Shown here piece after piece: positions 1 to 9,429 of a stretch of 64,000 bases of DNA. The stretch's first letter is position 1; each line of letters starts with the position of its first letter. Below the pieces are notes generated by a model that was given only the letters and a program-made list of their open reading frames with translations, did no database searches and was not told the DNA's origin. Made by a program: the position numbers and the translations under genes. Source of the stretch: Gemmatimonadaceae bacterium (GTDB lineage: Bacteria; Gemmatimonadota; Gemmatimonadetes; Gemmatimonadales; Gemmatimonadaceae). The stretch is taken from NCBI GenBank assembly GCA_051859245.1, contig JBHYGA010000008.1, positions 1 through 64,000 of the forward strand. The letters run 5' to 3'.

Positions 1-4
1 GCCG

Positions 5-58
5 GCCGGGCGCGCCGGGAGCGGGCGGGGCGCCCGCCCGGCGCTGGCCGACCGACAG
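5..58. repeat. Inverted copy of the core of the GC-rich hairpin element at 21002-21049
   Basis: Reverse complement of 5-48 (gccagcgccgggcgggcgccccgcccgctcccggcgcgcccggc) matches 21008-21049 with 1 mismatch and a 2-nt indel; gacag (54-58) matches ctgtc (21002-21006). Confidence 0.8.
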
Positions 59-220
59 CGCGTCGGTCCCCGGTGGGCTCCCGGCCCTACGCGCGCGGGG
101 TGTGGCGCCACGGCGGCGCTGGCGCGCCTGATGGCGGCACTCGCCTGCGGCTGGGGCTGGGGGGCACCACACGGATCTCGGCTGGGGCGCGGGCTTGGCC
201 GGCGCAACTCCGCACCGGAC

Positions 221-1333
221 TCAGCGGTCGATTCGCGCCGGGACTGGACTGAGGCCGGCGGCGAGCACCTGGAGCTCGGCGCCGGGTTCCTGCTCGCGGC
301 GGATCATCGCGATCGCCACCGGGCCGTACCTGGGCGAGATCACGGCGGAGCGCACGTCGCCCACCGGTTTGTCGTTGGCGTCGCGCACTTCTGCGGGCAC
401 GGCCAGCGGTGTGCTGCTGGAGAGCACGCGCAGGTGTCGGTTCACATGCCCGCGAAAGTGAATACGCGCGACGGTTTCCTGGCCCGTGTAGCAGCCCTTG
501 TCGAACGACAGGGCGTGCAACGTGCCGAGGTTGGCTTCCTGTGGGATCGTGGTGTCGTCCATATCAACACCCCACGCGGGCCGACCGGATTCCACGCGCA
601 GCACGTTCAGTGCGCGCGCGCTACCGGGTGTGTGATTGCTCAGCGACGCCCGAACGGTTTCGACAAGCGCGTCGGGCACAAGCAGTTCGTAGCCATCCAC
701 GTCATCCAGTGACGGCAACCGAACGGCGTGATACTCCACGCCCTCGTGCGCTCGGCTCAGGCATGCGTACGGCGCCAGCAAATGCTCGGCGGGTGCGTGT
801 GGCGCGGGTGCGTGTGGCGCGGGTGCATGCGACCCGAGTGCATCGTCTGCCCGCGCATTTGCATGAAGCGCCGACCAGACACTCGCCAACGACTCGGCGG
901 ACTGCGGACCGTAGAGCACAAAACTGCGAAACGCGCGCTCCGTGTATTTGGCCAAACGCGGATTCACAAACTTGCGCACCAGGTCGCGCCAGCCGGCCCA
1001 CGCGGCGCTGTTCACCGTCGTGAGATACCGTTCCTCGGCAAGGCGCACGATGCGCATATCGGCCACAATACGACCCTTGGCCGTGAGCGCCGCGGCGTAC
1101 TCCCCGTCGCCAACGCCAAGTATGAGCACATTGTTGGTGACGAGCCCATTCAGCGCGGCCGCCGCCTGCGCACCGGTGAACTCCAGGTGGTGCGAATCTG
1201 TGGACTGAAGCACGGCCACGCTCTCGCGCATGGCCTGATACGCGAGCAGATCGTCGCCCGCCAGCGCCTCGGCGACTTTTGGAACAGCGGGTTCGACGGG
1301 ACCTGTCTTTTCTATGACCGATATTTCAGACAT
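221..1333 (-). CDS. ygfZ: YgfZ/GcvT-family folate-binding protein (Fe-S/tRNA modification)
   Basis: Signature KGCYTGQETVAR motif; GcvT-like N-terminus (LNGLVTNNV, LTAKGRIVADM). Confidence 0.9.
   Translation of the reverse strand: MSEISVIEKTGPVEPAVPKVAEALAGDDLLAYQAMRESVAVLQSTDSHHLEFTGAQAAAALNGLVTNNVLILGVGDGEYAAALTAKGRIVADMRIVRLAEERYLTTVNSAAWAGWRDLVRKFVNPRLAKYTERAFRSFVLYGPQSAESLASVWSALHANARADDALGSHAPAPHAPAPHAPAEHLLAPYACLSRAHEGVEYHAVRLPSLDDVDGYELLVPDALVETVRASLSNHTPGSARALNVLRVESGRPAWGVDMDDTTIPQEANLGTLHALSFDKGCYTGQETVARIHFRGHVNRHLRVLSSSTPLAVPAEVRDANDKPVGDVRSAVISPRYGPVAIAMIRREQEPGAELQVLAAGLSPVPARIDR
789..831. repeat. In-frame 15-bp tandem repeat (about 2.8 copies) encoding HAPAP in ygfZ
   Basis: gcgggtgcgtgtggc x2 plus a partial copy; protein reads SHAPAPHAPAPHAPA. 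Confidence 0.85.
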
Positions 1334-1365
1334 GATGAAGTCGAGAGGACTGCGACGGTTGCTGA

Positions 1366-1608
1366 CTAGGCCGCCTGCGGTTCAATCGGGAGCGTCACGA
1401 CCCGTTCCGCTGCGAGTTGAGCCGCGTAGGCCAAGGCCGCGGGAATAGCATCTGGGCCAAGGCCCGGGTAGCTGTTGCGAATGGCTTCGGAGCTGGTGCC
1501 TGCGGCCAGGTTCGCCAGTACAACCGACACTGGAATCCGTGTACCCCGGATGCAAGCCTGTCCGTGACAGACCATTGGATCAACGCTGATGTGCTCTTGC
1601 CATGTCAT
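1366..1608 (-). CDS. DUF433-family protein (putative antitoxin)
   Basis: ISVDPMVCHGQACIRGTRIPVSVVL...YPGL...ALAYAA is the typical DUF433 pattern; GGGAG RBS upstream. Confidence 0.85.
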   Translation of the reverse strand: MTWQEHISVDPMVCHGQACIRGTRIPVSVVLANLAAGTSSEAIRNSYPGLGPDAIPAALAYAAQLAAERVVTLPIEPQAA

Positions 1609-1682
1609 TATTCAGCTCCCGTTGGACACTCCTGCAATCTATCAAGCGTGAGGATGTCCGCTATGCACCGCTGCAGCGACAG

Positions 1683-2318
1683 CTACTTCGGCCACCCCGC
1701 CAGAACAAATCGACCCATCGCGGCTTCAATCCCCGAACGCACACTGGCCGGTTCGACAAACCGCACAGACTGCTCCGTCGACGCCGAATACCTCTTTGAT
1801 GCCGCAATAATGCCCGCATACTGGCTCATAAAGAGCGGACGATCTCGCAACTCCTCGAGTACGCCGGGGTCATCGCCCGCAACAGTACGCACGGCTTGCG
1901 TCTCACTTTCCAGATACGAGAACAATCCAGCCGCTGCGACACGCGTGCTGTCCGCCCGCAGCACCAGTCGCCAGCCGGACGACACCGCCGCCTGACAGCG
2001 GCGCACCACATCCGTATCAACATCCGGAACGCCGAGCGCGAGCCGGCGAGTCCACTCCCGCTCCGCCGCCAGAGCGCAAAGGTCAATCCCCACCTCGTCT
2101 GCCGCCGCACCGGGCGCGAGGTCCGACGCCAGACGCCGCGCCGCGTTCGACCAGCTGCGACCCGCGATCCAATCCGGCGATAATCCCAGAGCCTCGCTCG
2201 CACCGGCCTGCACCCAACCCGCGCTCTCGGCGCCGATCAAAAAACTCGCCAATCGAGACGGCAGCGTGTCGGCCAGCACGCCATCAACTGCGACCACGAG
2301 CACTCCCGAACGGTTCAT
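1683..2318 (-). CDS. HAD-superfamily-like protein with degenerate motif I
   Basis: N-terminal VLVVAVDGVLADT resembles DxDGxLxDT; 4-bp overlap with the glcF stop. Confidence 0.55.
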   Translation of the reverse strand: MNRSGVLVVAVDGVLADTLPSRLASFLIGAESAGWVQAGASEALGLSPDWIAGRSWSNAARRLASDLAPGAAADEVGIDLCALAAEREWTRRLALGVPDVDTDVVRRCQAAVSSGWRLVLRADSTRVAAAGLFSYLESETQAVRTVAGDDPGVLEELRDRPLFMSQYAGIIAASKRYSASTEQSVRFVEPASVRSGIEAAMGRFVLAGWPK

Positions 2319-3751
2319 TCGCCCAACGCCGCGTCGAGCAGTTCAATCGGATGCACCGCCACCGTGCTGCTCCCGCTCCGTAGCAGCCCGGCGCCAATCT
2401 GCATGAGGCAGCCGGGATTGCCCGTGGCGAGATAATCCGCCCGGGCATCGGCAATGTGCTGCAACTTGGGCGCGAGCACCGCGTCGCTCGTGTCGGGCTC
2501 GACGAGATTGTAAATGCCGGCGCTGCCGCAGCACTGATCCGCATCGGCGAGTGGCACGAGCTCCACATTGGGCAGCGCACGCAACAGCGCGACGGGTTCA
2601 CGCGTGATGCGCTGCGCGTGCATCAGGTGACACGGCGGATCGTACGCCACGCGCACGGGCGTATGCGAGGTTCCATGCGGCGATCCATGCGACGTTAGTT
2701 GCGGCAACGCCACCTGTTCTCCCGTGGCCAGCAGCTCACTCACATCGCGCACGCGCCTGGCCACGGCAACGGCGCGATCATGCCACGCCGCATCGTCATG
2801 CAGCAAATGCCCGTACTCCTTGAGCATTGCGCCGCAACCTGCGGAGTTCACAGCGATCAATGCATCGGGCGTGCGGTCAAACGCAGCAATGTTCCGGCGC
2901 GCCAATTCTCGTGCGCCCTCAAGATCACCCGCGTGTGCATGCAGCGCGCCACAGCACGACTGCTGCTCAGCAGAACACACCGAAAACCCCGCGCGTGCAA
3001 TGACACGCGATGTCGCGTCATTCGTATGCGCGAACAATCCGCGCATCACACAGCCTTCAAGCAACACAACGTCACCTCGAGGCGGGGCACTGTGCGTGCC
3101 TGATGCACTCTTGCTCGCGCTCTTTTCCAACGAGTCGTTGGAGCGTGTTCGATCAACACCCGTATCGGACGAGCGTCCCGCCACCCGCCGCAATTTGTCC
3201 CGCTTGACCGGCGCACTCGACGCCAGCATCGCCATTGGAAACGCCAACCGCGCGGGCAATGCACGCGCAAACACACGCGGCAATCCCGTAGCTCTGAACA
3301 CCCGCGCACCGAGCAACACCACCGACAGCAACGTGGTGCGTCGAAACAATGACAGCACCACTCGCGCGACCAACGGAATCGGACGCACCGATTGCATTGT
3401 CGCGCGCGTGGCCTCCAGCAACTGACCGTACGGCACACCACTCGGACACGCCGTCTCGCACGCGCGACAACCGAGGCACCGATCAAAGTGTGTGCCCACA
3501 TCGGGATCGTCGAGCTCAAGTTCACCGTCGAGCAGTCGACGCATCAACAACAGTCGTCCACGCGGCGAATCATTCTCGTCGTGCAGGTTCACGTACGTGG
3601 GGCAGGCGGGCAGGCAGAACCCGCAATGCACACACGCATCGAGTCCGCGAGACGCCTGCGCAAGTGGTGTGCCGGCGAGACACGCGGGCTGTTGTGCACC
3701 AGCCGCATCGTGCATCACAAGCGGCTCACGCATCTGTGCGCCATCGCTCAT
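2315..3751 (-). CDS. glcF: Glycolate oxidase iron-sulfur subunit
   Basis: Two CxxCxxCxxxCP 4Fe-4S motifs (CVHCGFCLPACP, CLGCRACETACP) plus CCG domains (CCGALHAH, CCGSAGIYN). Confidence 0.9.
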   Translation of the reverse strand: MSDGAQMREPLVMHDAAGAQQPACLAGTPLAQASRGLDACVHCGFCLPACPTYVNLHDENDSPRGRLLLMRRLLDGELELDDPDVGTHFDRCLGCRACETACPSGVPYGQLLEATRATMQSVRPIPLVARVVLSLFRRTTLLSVVLLGARVFRATGLPRVFARALPARLAFPMAMLASSAPVKRDKLRRVAGRSSDTGVDRTRSNDSLEKSASKSASGTHSAPPRGDVVLLEGCVMRGLFAHTNDATSRVIARAGFSVCSAEQQSCCGALHAHAGDLEGARELARRNIAAFDRTPDALIAVNSAGCGAMLKEYGHLLHDDAAWHDRAVAVARRVRDVSELLATGEQVALPQLTSHGSPHGTSHTPVRVAYDPPCHLMHAQRITREPVALLRALPNVELVPLADADQCCGSAGIYNLVEPDTSDAVLAPKLQHIADARADYLATGNPGCLMQIGAGLLRSGSSTVAVHPIELLDAALGE

Positions 3752-4899
3752 ACACCCACCGCCGGCATCATCTCACCCAGCAACCCACGATTCAGAATCC
3801 ACGAGGGATCGAGTGCCCGTCGTAATCCCATTGATACGCGATCACTCACCGCACTCGGTACATGCGACCACCCGTCCACCGGCAGCGTTTCCCACGCAAC
3901 CGCAGCACCCGGCGGTGCCATGCCGCGCACAAAACGCTCGAGCACTGCGGCACTGTTTTCAAGCGTTGCACACACACGCACCACGCCGCGCGCCACGGAG
4001 CCACGCACCTGTGGCTGCCAACATTGACACGCCGAGAGATGATCCATCACATGCCGCCACGTCGCTGAGAAATGCGTGGGCATGTGCGACACACGAGCCA
4101 CAAGTGATTCGTCAGGTGAAATGCGTGAGAGTTCATTGAACACCGATACCGGCACCTCGCGCACATCACCGAGCGCGCCTAACGCCGAAAGCTGCGCGTT
4201 CACTCGTGTTTCATTGCCCGCGAGACGCACGAGCAAACACACGCTGTCATGCACGCCAAGCGCACTCGCCAAAGCACCGCTCAACAACTCGAGCGCCAAC
4301 GGCGCGATCGGCAAATCTGCGAGCGGCGCCAGTCGTGATTCAAGCGACATCCGATCATCGGTCGCCACCACAAACGCGCGATCCACTTCCGGCCGTGCGC
4401 GCAAACGCACACTCACTTCGGTGATCACACCAAGTGTGCCCCATGCGCCGGTGTGCAGTCGCACGAGATCAAAACCGGCCACATTCTTGACCACGCGCCC
4501 ACCGGCGCGCGTCACGTCACCCGTTCCGGTAATGCACTCAATACCAAGCACCAGATCGCGTGCGCGTCCCATGGCCGCAGCAAGCGGTCCGTCGGACGCG
4601 GTGGCAATCGTGGCTCCGAGTGTCGCACCAGGCGCGGCCTCGGGATCGAGCGCCAGCCACTGCCCATGCTCGGCCGTCGCCTGAGCGATCGCGTCGAGCG
4701 TGGTACCGGCGCGCGCTGTGAGCGTGAGATCACCGGGCGTGTACTCCACAATGCCTGCGTAGTCGCCTACACGGAGCATCGTGCCGCTGCACGGACGCCC
4801 GGCTTGCAACCACGTTCCGCCGCCCACTACGCGCAGCGGTTCTTCACTCACCTGCGCATCTGCAACCTGAGCGGCCAGTTCGGCGACTGTTGTGGACAT
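3748..4899 (-). CDS. glcE: Glycolate oxidase FAD-binding subunit
   Basis: GIVEYTPGDLTLTARAG and GGRVVKNVAGFDL motifs; start placed at MSTTVAEL (ATG 4899) to avoid overlap with glcD. Confidence 0.85.
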   Translation of the reverse strand: MSTTVAELAAQVADAQVSEEPLRVVGGGTWLQAGRPCSGTMLRVGDYAGIVEYTPGDLTLTARAGTTLDAIAQATAEHGQWLALDPEAAPGATLGATIATASDGPLAAAMGRARDLVLGIECITGTGDVTRAGGRVVKNVAGFDLVRLHTGAWGTLGVITEVSVRLRARPEVDRAFVVATDDRMSLESRLAPLADLPIAPLALELLSGALASALGVHDSVCLLVRLAGNETRVNAQLSALGALGDVREVPVSVFNELSRISPDESLVARVSHMPTHFSATWRHVMDHLSACQCWQPQVRGSVARGVVRVCATLENSAAVLERFVRGMAPPGAAVAWETLPVDGWSHVPSAVSDRVSMGLRRALDPSWILNRGLLGEMMPAVGV

Positions 4900-4927
4900 G
4901 CAGCAAATATAGAGCGGCGCAGCCCGC

Positions 4928-6361
4928 CTAATGTCGCGAAGATCCGGACCATTCGCGACACGAATGTACCGGCACCACTTTGCCCGGATTCGCGCGTCGC
5001 CCCGGATCAAAGACCTCGCGCACCGAACACATGGCCGCCAGCGACGGCGCGCTGAACAGATCTTCCATGTAGCCCAGCTTGTCGAGTCCCACACCGTGCT
5101 CGCCGGTAATGGTGCCGCCGGCGTTGATGCAGGCCTGCATGATCTCGCTCATCGCCGCGTGCACACGCTCTGACTGCTGCGGGTCGCTCGCGTCATACGA
5201 GATGTTCGGATGCAGGTTGCCATCACCGGCGTGAAACACATTGCACACGTTCACCTGATGCCGTTCGCCGATCTCGTGGATCTGTTCGAGGATCTGTGGC
5301 AACTTCGTGCGCGGTACGACGGCGTCCTGCACCACGAGATGCGGAGCAATGCGACCCAGCGCACCAAACGCCTTCTTGCGACCCTGCCAAAGTCGTGCGC
5401 GATCGGCATCGGCAGACGCGATGCGCACATTGCGAGCGCCCGCATCTCGGCAGCACTGTTCAATCACCCGCACGTCTTCGTCGAGCCCTACGGCAAGGCC
5501 GTCTACTTCCGCGAGTAGCACCGCGGCGGCATCTACCGGATAACCGGCCGCGTAAATGCTCGCTTCAACGGCGCGAATGGTGGACTGGTCCATCATCTCG
5601 AGCGCCGCCGGTACAATGCCCGTGGCAATAATCGCAGACACGGCACGTGCGGCGTCAGTCACACTGGTAAAGTCTGCCAGCAGCGTGCGCACCTGCTCAG
5701 GTACCGGAAGCAGTCGCACCCAGATATCGGTGGCAATGCCAAAACATCCTTCGGAGCCAATGAACAATCCGCACAGATCGTAGCCAAGGTCTTCACTCAC
5801 CGACGAACCAAAGCTCACCAGTTCACCGTCTGGCAAACACACGGTGAGCGCGGCAATGTGATTGAGTGTGACGCCGTACTTGAGACAGTGCGGACCGCCC
5901 GCATTTTCGGCCACGTTTCCGCCGATCGTACACGCCGCCTGACTCGATGGATCTGGCGCGTAGTACAAACCAAACGGCGACACCGCGCGAGCCAGTGACG
6001 CATTCACCACGCCCGGTTCCACGTGCGCAATGCGATTGCCAGCATCAATGCTGTGAATGCGCGTGAGACGGTTGAGACCAATCACGACCGCATCGTCCGC
6101 CAGTGATCCACCAGAGAGGCCGGTGCCGGCACCACGCGGCACAAACGGTATGCCCTGTTCGGCGAGCAGTCGGACAACGGCGCACACTTCGTCTCGCGAT
6201 CCCGGCAGCACCACGACGCGTGGCGTAGCGCGATAACCCGGCAAGCCGTCGGAGTCGTACGCGGTGAGTTCAGCGGCGCGCGACTTCACCCAACGTGCAC
6301 CGACAATGTTCGAGAGCGCGTTCGTGAGTGACGCGTGCGACACGCGACTCATGGTGTGCAA
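4928..6361 (-). CDS. glcD: Glycolate oxidase subunit D (FAD-linked oxidase)
   Basis: PRGAGTGLSGG, PDPSSQAACTIGGNVAENAGGPHCLKYG, HAGDGNLHP and GEHGVG motifs. Confidence 0.9.
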   Translation of the reverse strand: MHTMSRVSHASLTNALSNIVGARWVKSRAAELTAYDSDGLPGYRATPRVVVLPGSRDEVCAVVRLLAEQGIPFVPRGAGTGLSGGSLADDAVVIGLNRLTRIHSIDAGNRIAHVEPGVVNASLARAVSPFGLYYAPDPSSQAACTIGGNVAENAGGPHCLKYGVTLNHIAALTVCLPDGELVSFGSSVSEDLGYDLCGLFIGSEGCFGIATDIWVRLLPVPEQVRTLLADFTSVTDAARAVSAIIATGIVPAALEMMDQSTIRAVEASIYAAGYPVDAAAVLLAEVDGLAVGLDEDVRVIEQCCRDAGARNVRIASADADRARLWQGRKKAFGALGRIAPHLVVQDAVVPRTKLPQILEQIHEIGERHQVNVCNVFHAGDGNLHPNISYDASDPQQSERVHAAMSEIMQACINAGGTITGEHGVGLDKLGYMEDLFSAPSLAAMCSVREVFDPGRRANPGKVVPVHSCREWSGSSRH

Positions 6362-6387
6362 TGCACGAGCGTCACGGTGAACGCCGT

Positions 6388-6780
6388 TCAGCTCGCGTTT
6401 TCAACGGCGGGTGACAGCTCCGCCACGAGCGTGCGCAGTTCCGAAAACTCAAACGGCTTGAGCAGCACACGTGTTGCGTCGCGCAACGCCCGCTGTTCGG
6501 CCGAGAACTCCATGTTGTCGCCGGTGGTGAACACAAAGCGCTCAAGCAACGACGGCCACTGTCGCTGAATGCGTGTGGCAATCTCGAGTCCGTTGACGCC
6601 AGGCAAGTGCACGTCGCAAATCACCAGGCCATAGCCGGTATGAAACGCGTCGAGCTGCGTGCACGCGCTCGTGCCGTCACCAGCTTCGTCAACATCCCAT
6701 CCGTTGCGCTCAAACCATTTGCGCAACGCGAGCCGGATGGAGGGTTCGTCGTCGACCAGAAGAACACGGGACTTTGGCAT
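6388..6780 (-). CDS. Single-domain response regulator (REC)
   Basis: VLLVDDE, ICDVHLPGVNG, FTTG and LKPF receiver motifs; start MPKSRV. Confidence 0.85.
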   Translation of the reverse strand: MPKSRVLLVDDEPSIRLALRKWFERNGWDVDEAGDGTSACTQLDAFHTGYGLVICDVHLPGVNGLEIATRIQRQWPSLLERFVFTTGDNMEFSAEQRALRDATRVLLKPFEFSELRTLVAELSPAVENAS

Positions 6781-6852
6781 GTGAAAAAGGTGACGCAGCA
6801 CACCCGCAGACACAAGGCGAGATCACACAATCCTGGTGACGCGCGTCGTGCT

Positions 6853-6890
6853 GAAACGCCAAACGCCCCAACCGAAGTTGAGGCGTTTGG
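6853..6890 (-). terminator. Stem-loop with UUCG tetraloop downstream of the sigma factor gene
   Basis: Minus strand ccaaacgcctcaac-TTCG-gttggggcgtttgg followed by cgtttc; the U-tract is weak. Confidence 0.6.
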
Positions 6891-6966
6891 GTCCTGCGAG
6901 AGCACGCAAGAGCGCGCGATACCACTCACACCATGTGGTGCGGCGGCAAGCAACTCACACTACACG

Positions 6967-7875
6967 TTACGCAACACCCCAGAAACCGCTGAGGGCTGAT
7001 CCATCGGGCGACTCACGAAGCTTTTCAAAGGCCCGCTCGCGAATCTGACGAATGCGTTCGCGCGTGACACCCATGAGCGCGCCAATGCGCTCGAGTGTCA
7101 TGGCCTCTGATCCTTCTTCGAGTCCGTAGTACAGGTACAGAATCTTGCGTTCGCGCGGTGTGAGGTAGCGTCGGAACACCCGATCAATGAACTCGCGCAT
7201 GAGGCGTGAGTCGGTGCCTTCTTCGATCTCGACATTCGTTTCACCCGCAAATCGCTCACCGAGCGTGCTGGCTTCACGATCCTGACGATCGATCGGTGCA
7301 TCGAGTGACACTTCCGCGCCGGTCATCGTGCGTGACTGGCGCACCGACTCCACCGGTTCTTCGAGCATCTTGGAGAGCTCGGCGTCGGTCGGCTCGCGGC
7401 GCAGCACCTGACTGAGCACTGTTTCGGCGCGCGAGAGGCGAATGAGCTGCGAGTTCTGATTGAGCGGAATCCGCACGGAGCGCGTCTGCTCAGCCAGCGC
7501 CTTGAGGACGGCCTGCCGCACCCACCACACGGCGTACGAAATGAACTTGACGCCCTGGTCGGGATCGAACTTGCGCACGGCCTTGAGCAACCCTTCGTTG
7601 CCAATGGCCACGAGTTCGCTGAGGTCGAGGCCGTGTCCCTGATACTTCTTTACGTAGGAGATGACGAATCGGAGATTCGCCGTCACGAGTCGCTCTGCCG
7701 CCGCTTCGTCCCCCTGCTGGGCCAGTCGCGCGAGGCGCCGCTCTTCCTGAACGTCTTTGATCAGGGGGAGCTTCTGGATGTCATGCAGGTATTGGTCGAA
7801 CGCGGAGGATGGAGCCGAGCGAAAGAAACCTTTGGACCGGGGTTCGCAGGTCCTGCTGGCGGCCGCTGCTGGCAT
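6967..7875 (-). CDS. RNA polymerase sigma-70 factor, RpoD/SigA family, lacking region 1.1
   Basis: ANLRFVISYVKKY, GNEGLLKAVRKFDP, FISYAVWWVRQ and region 4 TLERIGALMGVTRERIRQI; start uncertain (7875, 7917 or 8049). Confidence 0.9.
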   Translation of the reverse strand: MPAAAASRTCEPRSKGFFRSAPSSAFDQYLHDIQKLPLIKDVQEERRLARLAQQGDEAAAERLVTANLRFVISYVKKYQGHGLDLSELVAIGNEGLLKAVRKFDPDQGVKFISYAVWWVRQAVLKALAEQTRSVRIPLNQNSQLIRLSRAETVLSQVLRREPTDAELSKMLEEPVESVRQSRTMTGAEVSLDAPIDRQDREASTLGERFAGETNVEIEEGTDSRLMREFIDRVFRRYLTPRERKILYLYYGLEEGSEAMTLERIGALMGVTRERIRQIRERAFEKLRESPDGSALSGFWGVA

Positions 7876-8295
7876 ACACGCCCTCGCAAATGATGACCGG
7901 ATGGGTGGAACCGGCATTGTTTCGCCGGCCCCGGTACAGGTGGGACTGCCACAGTACGACAGGAAGTCGAATCGGTCAACACAAATCTTTGCGAGATGAT
8001 TCTCGGATGACGTTGCCGCCGTGAAGCGTGACGACATGTTGACGGGCAAAGCGTTATTTTAGACGCTATACTGTTCTTATAGTGATTCGTTGATGGGTGC
8101 AATGAATGGCAATTTCAGCACTTTCAGGGTTTGCGCGTCTGCCGTAGCAAAATCCGAGATATCCACGAAACTGTTATCCAGAAACTGGAAATATCCGGTC
8201 CGGGTACATGAAAGTACCCGCATTGACGTATCAGGAGGTCTGCCCGGGGAGGCAGACCTCCGCGCACGCTGCGAGTCGCCTGGCTAAAATTCCGA

Positions 8296-9429
8296 TCAGT
8301 CCGCCGAGCGCTTGGCCGCGCTTCGCGACACCGCCAGGGCGGCCAGCACCGCCTCATCCGACACCGGCGTACTCCAGCTGTGATCCGCACCAGGGTGCAT
8401 GCGCCCCAGGCGCTCGGGCAGTGCGTAGCGCACTTCGCCGGCGCGCGCCTTCTTGTCACTGCGCGTGGCCTCCAGCAGATCGCCGTCACGCACGGATCGC
8501 GGCGGACCGTCGGGCAATCCCGCGCGCCGCACCGCGTCCGCGACCACGTCGCCCAACCCGTGCTCGGCGATGCCGAGTTGTTCCGCCAGGCGCGTCTCGA
8601 TCACCAACCCGGCCGCAACCGCTGCGCCATGCGACACGGCAAAGTGCAGCGAGTGCTCAATGGCATGCGCAATCGTGTGCCCGGCGTTCAGAATGTGCCG
8701 CAGTCCGGCTTCGCGCGCGTCCTGCGCCACCACGTGCGCCTTGATCGACACACTGCGCGCGACCAGCTCCGGCAACACCGCCACCTCAGCGCCTTCTGAT
8801 CCGGCGAGTCGCGGCAGCACACCACAGAGTTCACTGAAGGCGTCGGCATCGGCGATCAAACCGTGTTTGATCATCTCGGCGAGTCCGTCCGCACGCACCG
8901 ACATCGGCAGCGAGCGCAGTGTGTTGATGTCGGCCAGTACCAACGATGGATTATGAAACGCGCCAATAAGATTCTTGCCCGCCGCCGTATCAACGCCGGT
9001 CTTTCCGCCAACGGCACTGTCGACCATCGCAAGCAGCGTGGTAGGTACCTGTACCACCGGCACGCCGCGGTGCAGTGTGGCAGCCACAAAACCGGCCAGG
9101 TCGCCGGTGACACCGCCGCCCATGGCAATCACTGTGGTGTCGCGACCAGCGCCCCACGCCAGCAACTCGTCGCTCAGACGATGCCACTGATCGCGCGTTT
9201 TGTTGGACTCGCCGCTCGGGACGCGTAATCGCAACAATCGTTGCGCCGAAATACTCGGCGGCAGCGACTCGGCCACTCGAGAAGCGTACAATCCGTCCAC
9301 CGCTTCGTCGGCAATGATCGCGTACCGGTGATTCGGCGCGTACTCCTGCACGAACCGCCAGAAGTTGTCGAGCGCACCGCGCGCGACGAACACCGGATAC
9401 GACAACGCCAACGCGAGCGGTGTTACCAC
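8296..9429 (-). CDS. aroB: 3-dehydroquinate synthase
   Basis: GGGVTGDLAGFVAAT, PTTLLAMVDSAVGGKTG, KNLIGAFH and LNAGHTIAHAIE. Confidence 0.95.
   Translation of the reverse strand: MVTPLALALSYPVFVARGALDNFWRFVQEYAPNHRYAIIADEAVDGLYASRVAESLPPSISAQRLLRLRVPSGESNKTRDQWHRLSDELLAWGAGRDTTVIAMGGGVTGDLAGFVAATLHRGVPVVQVPTTLLAMVDSAVGGKTGVDTAAGKNLIGAFHNPSLVLADINTLRSLPMSVRADGLAEMIKHGLIADADAFSELCGVLPRLAGSEGAEVAVLPELVARSVSIKAHVVAQDAREAGLRHILNAGHTIAHAIEHSLHFAVSHGAAVAAGLVIETRLAEQLGIAEHGLGDVVADAVRRAGLPDGPPRSVRDGDLLEATRSDKKARAGEVRYALPERLGRMHPGADHSWSTPVSDEAVLAALAVSRSAAKRSAD

Noticed and set aside
131..712. Plus-strand ORFs at the window start
   Set aside because: Antisense to ygfZ or within low-complexity GC-rich sequence; no recognisable product.
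8050..8295. Possible oriC
   Set aside because: No perfect DnaA box, no clear DUE, and no dnaA/dnaN/gidA/parAB nearby.
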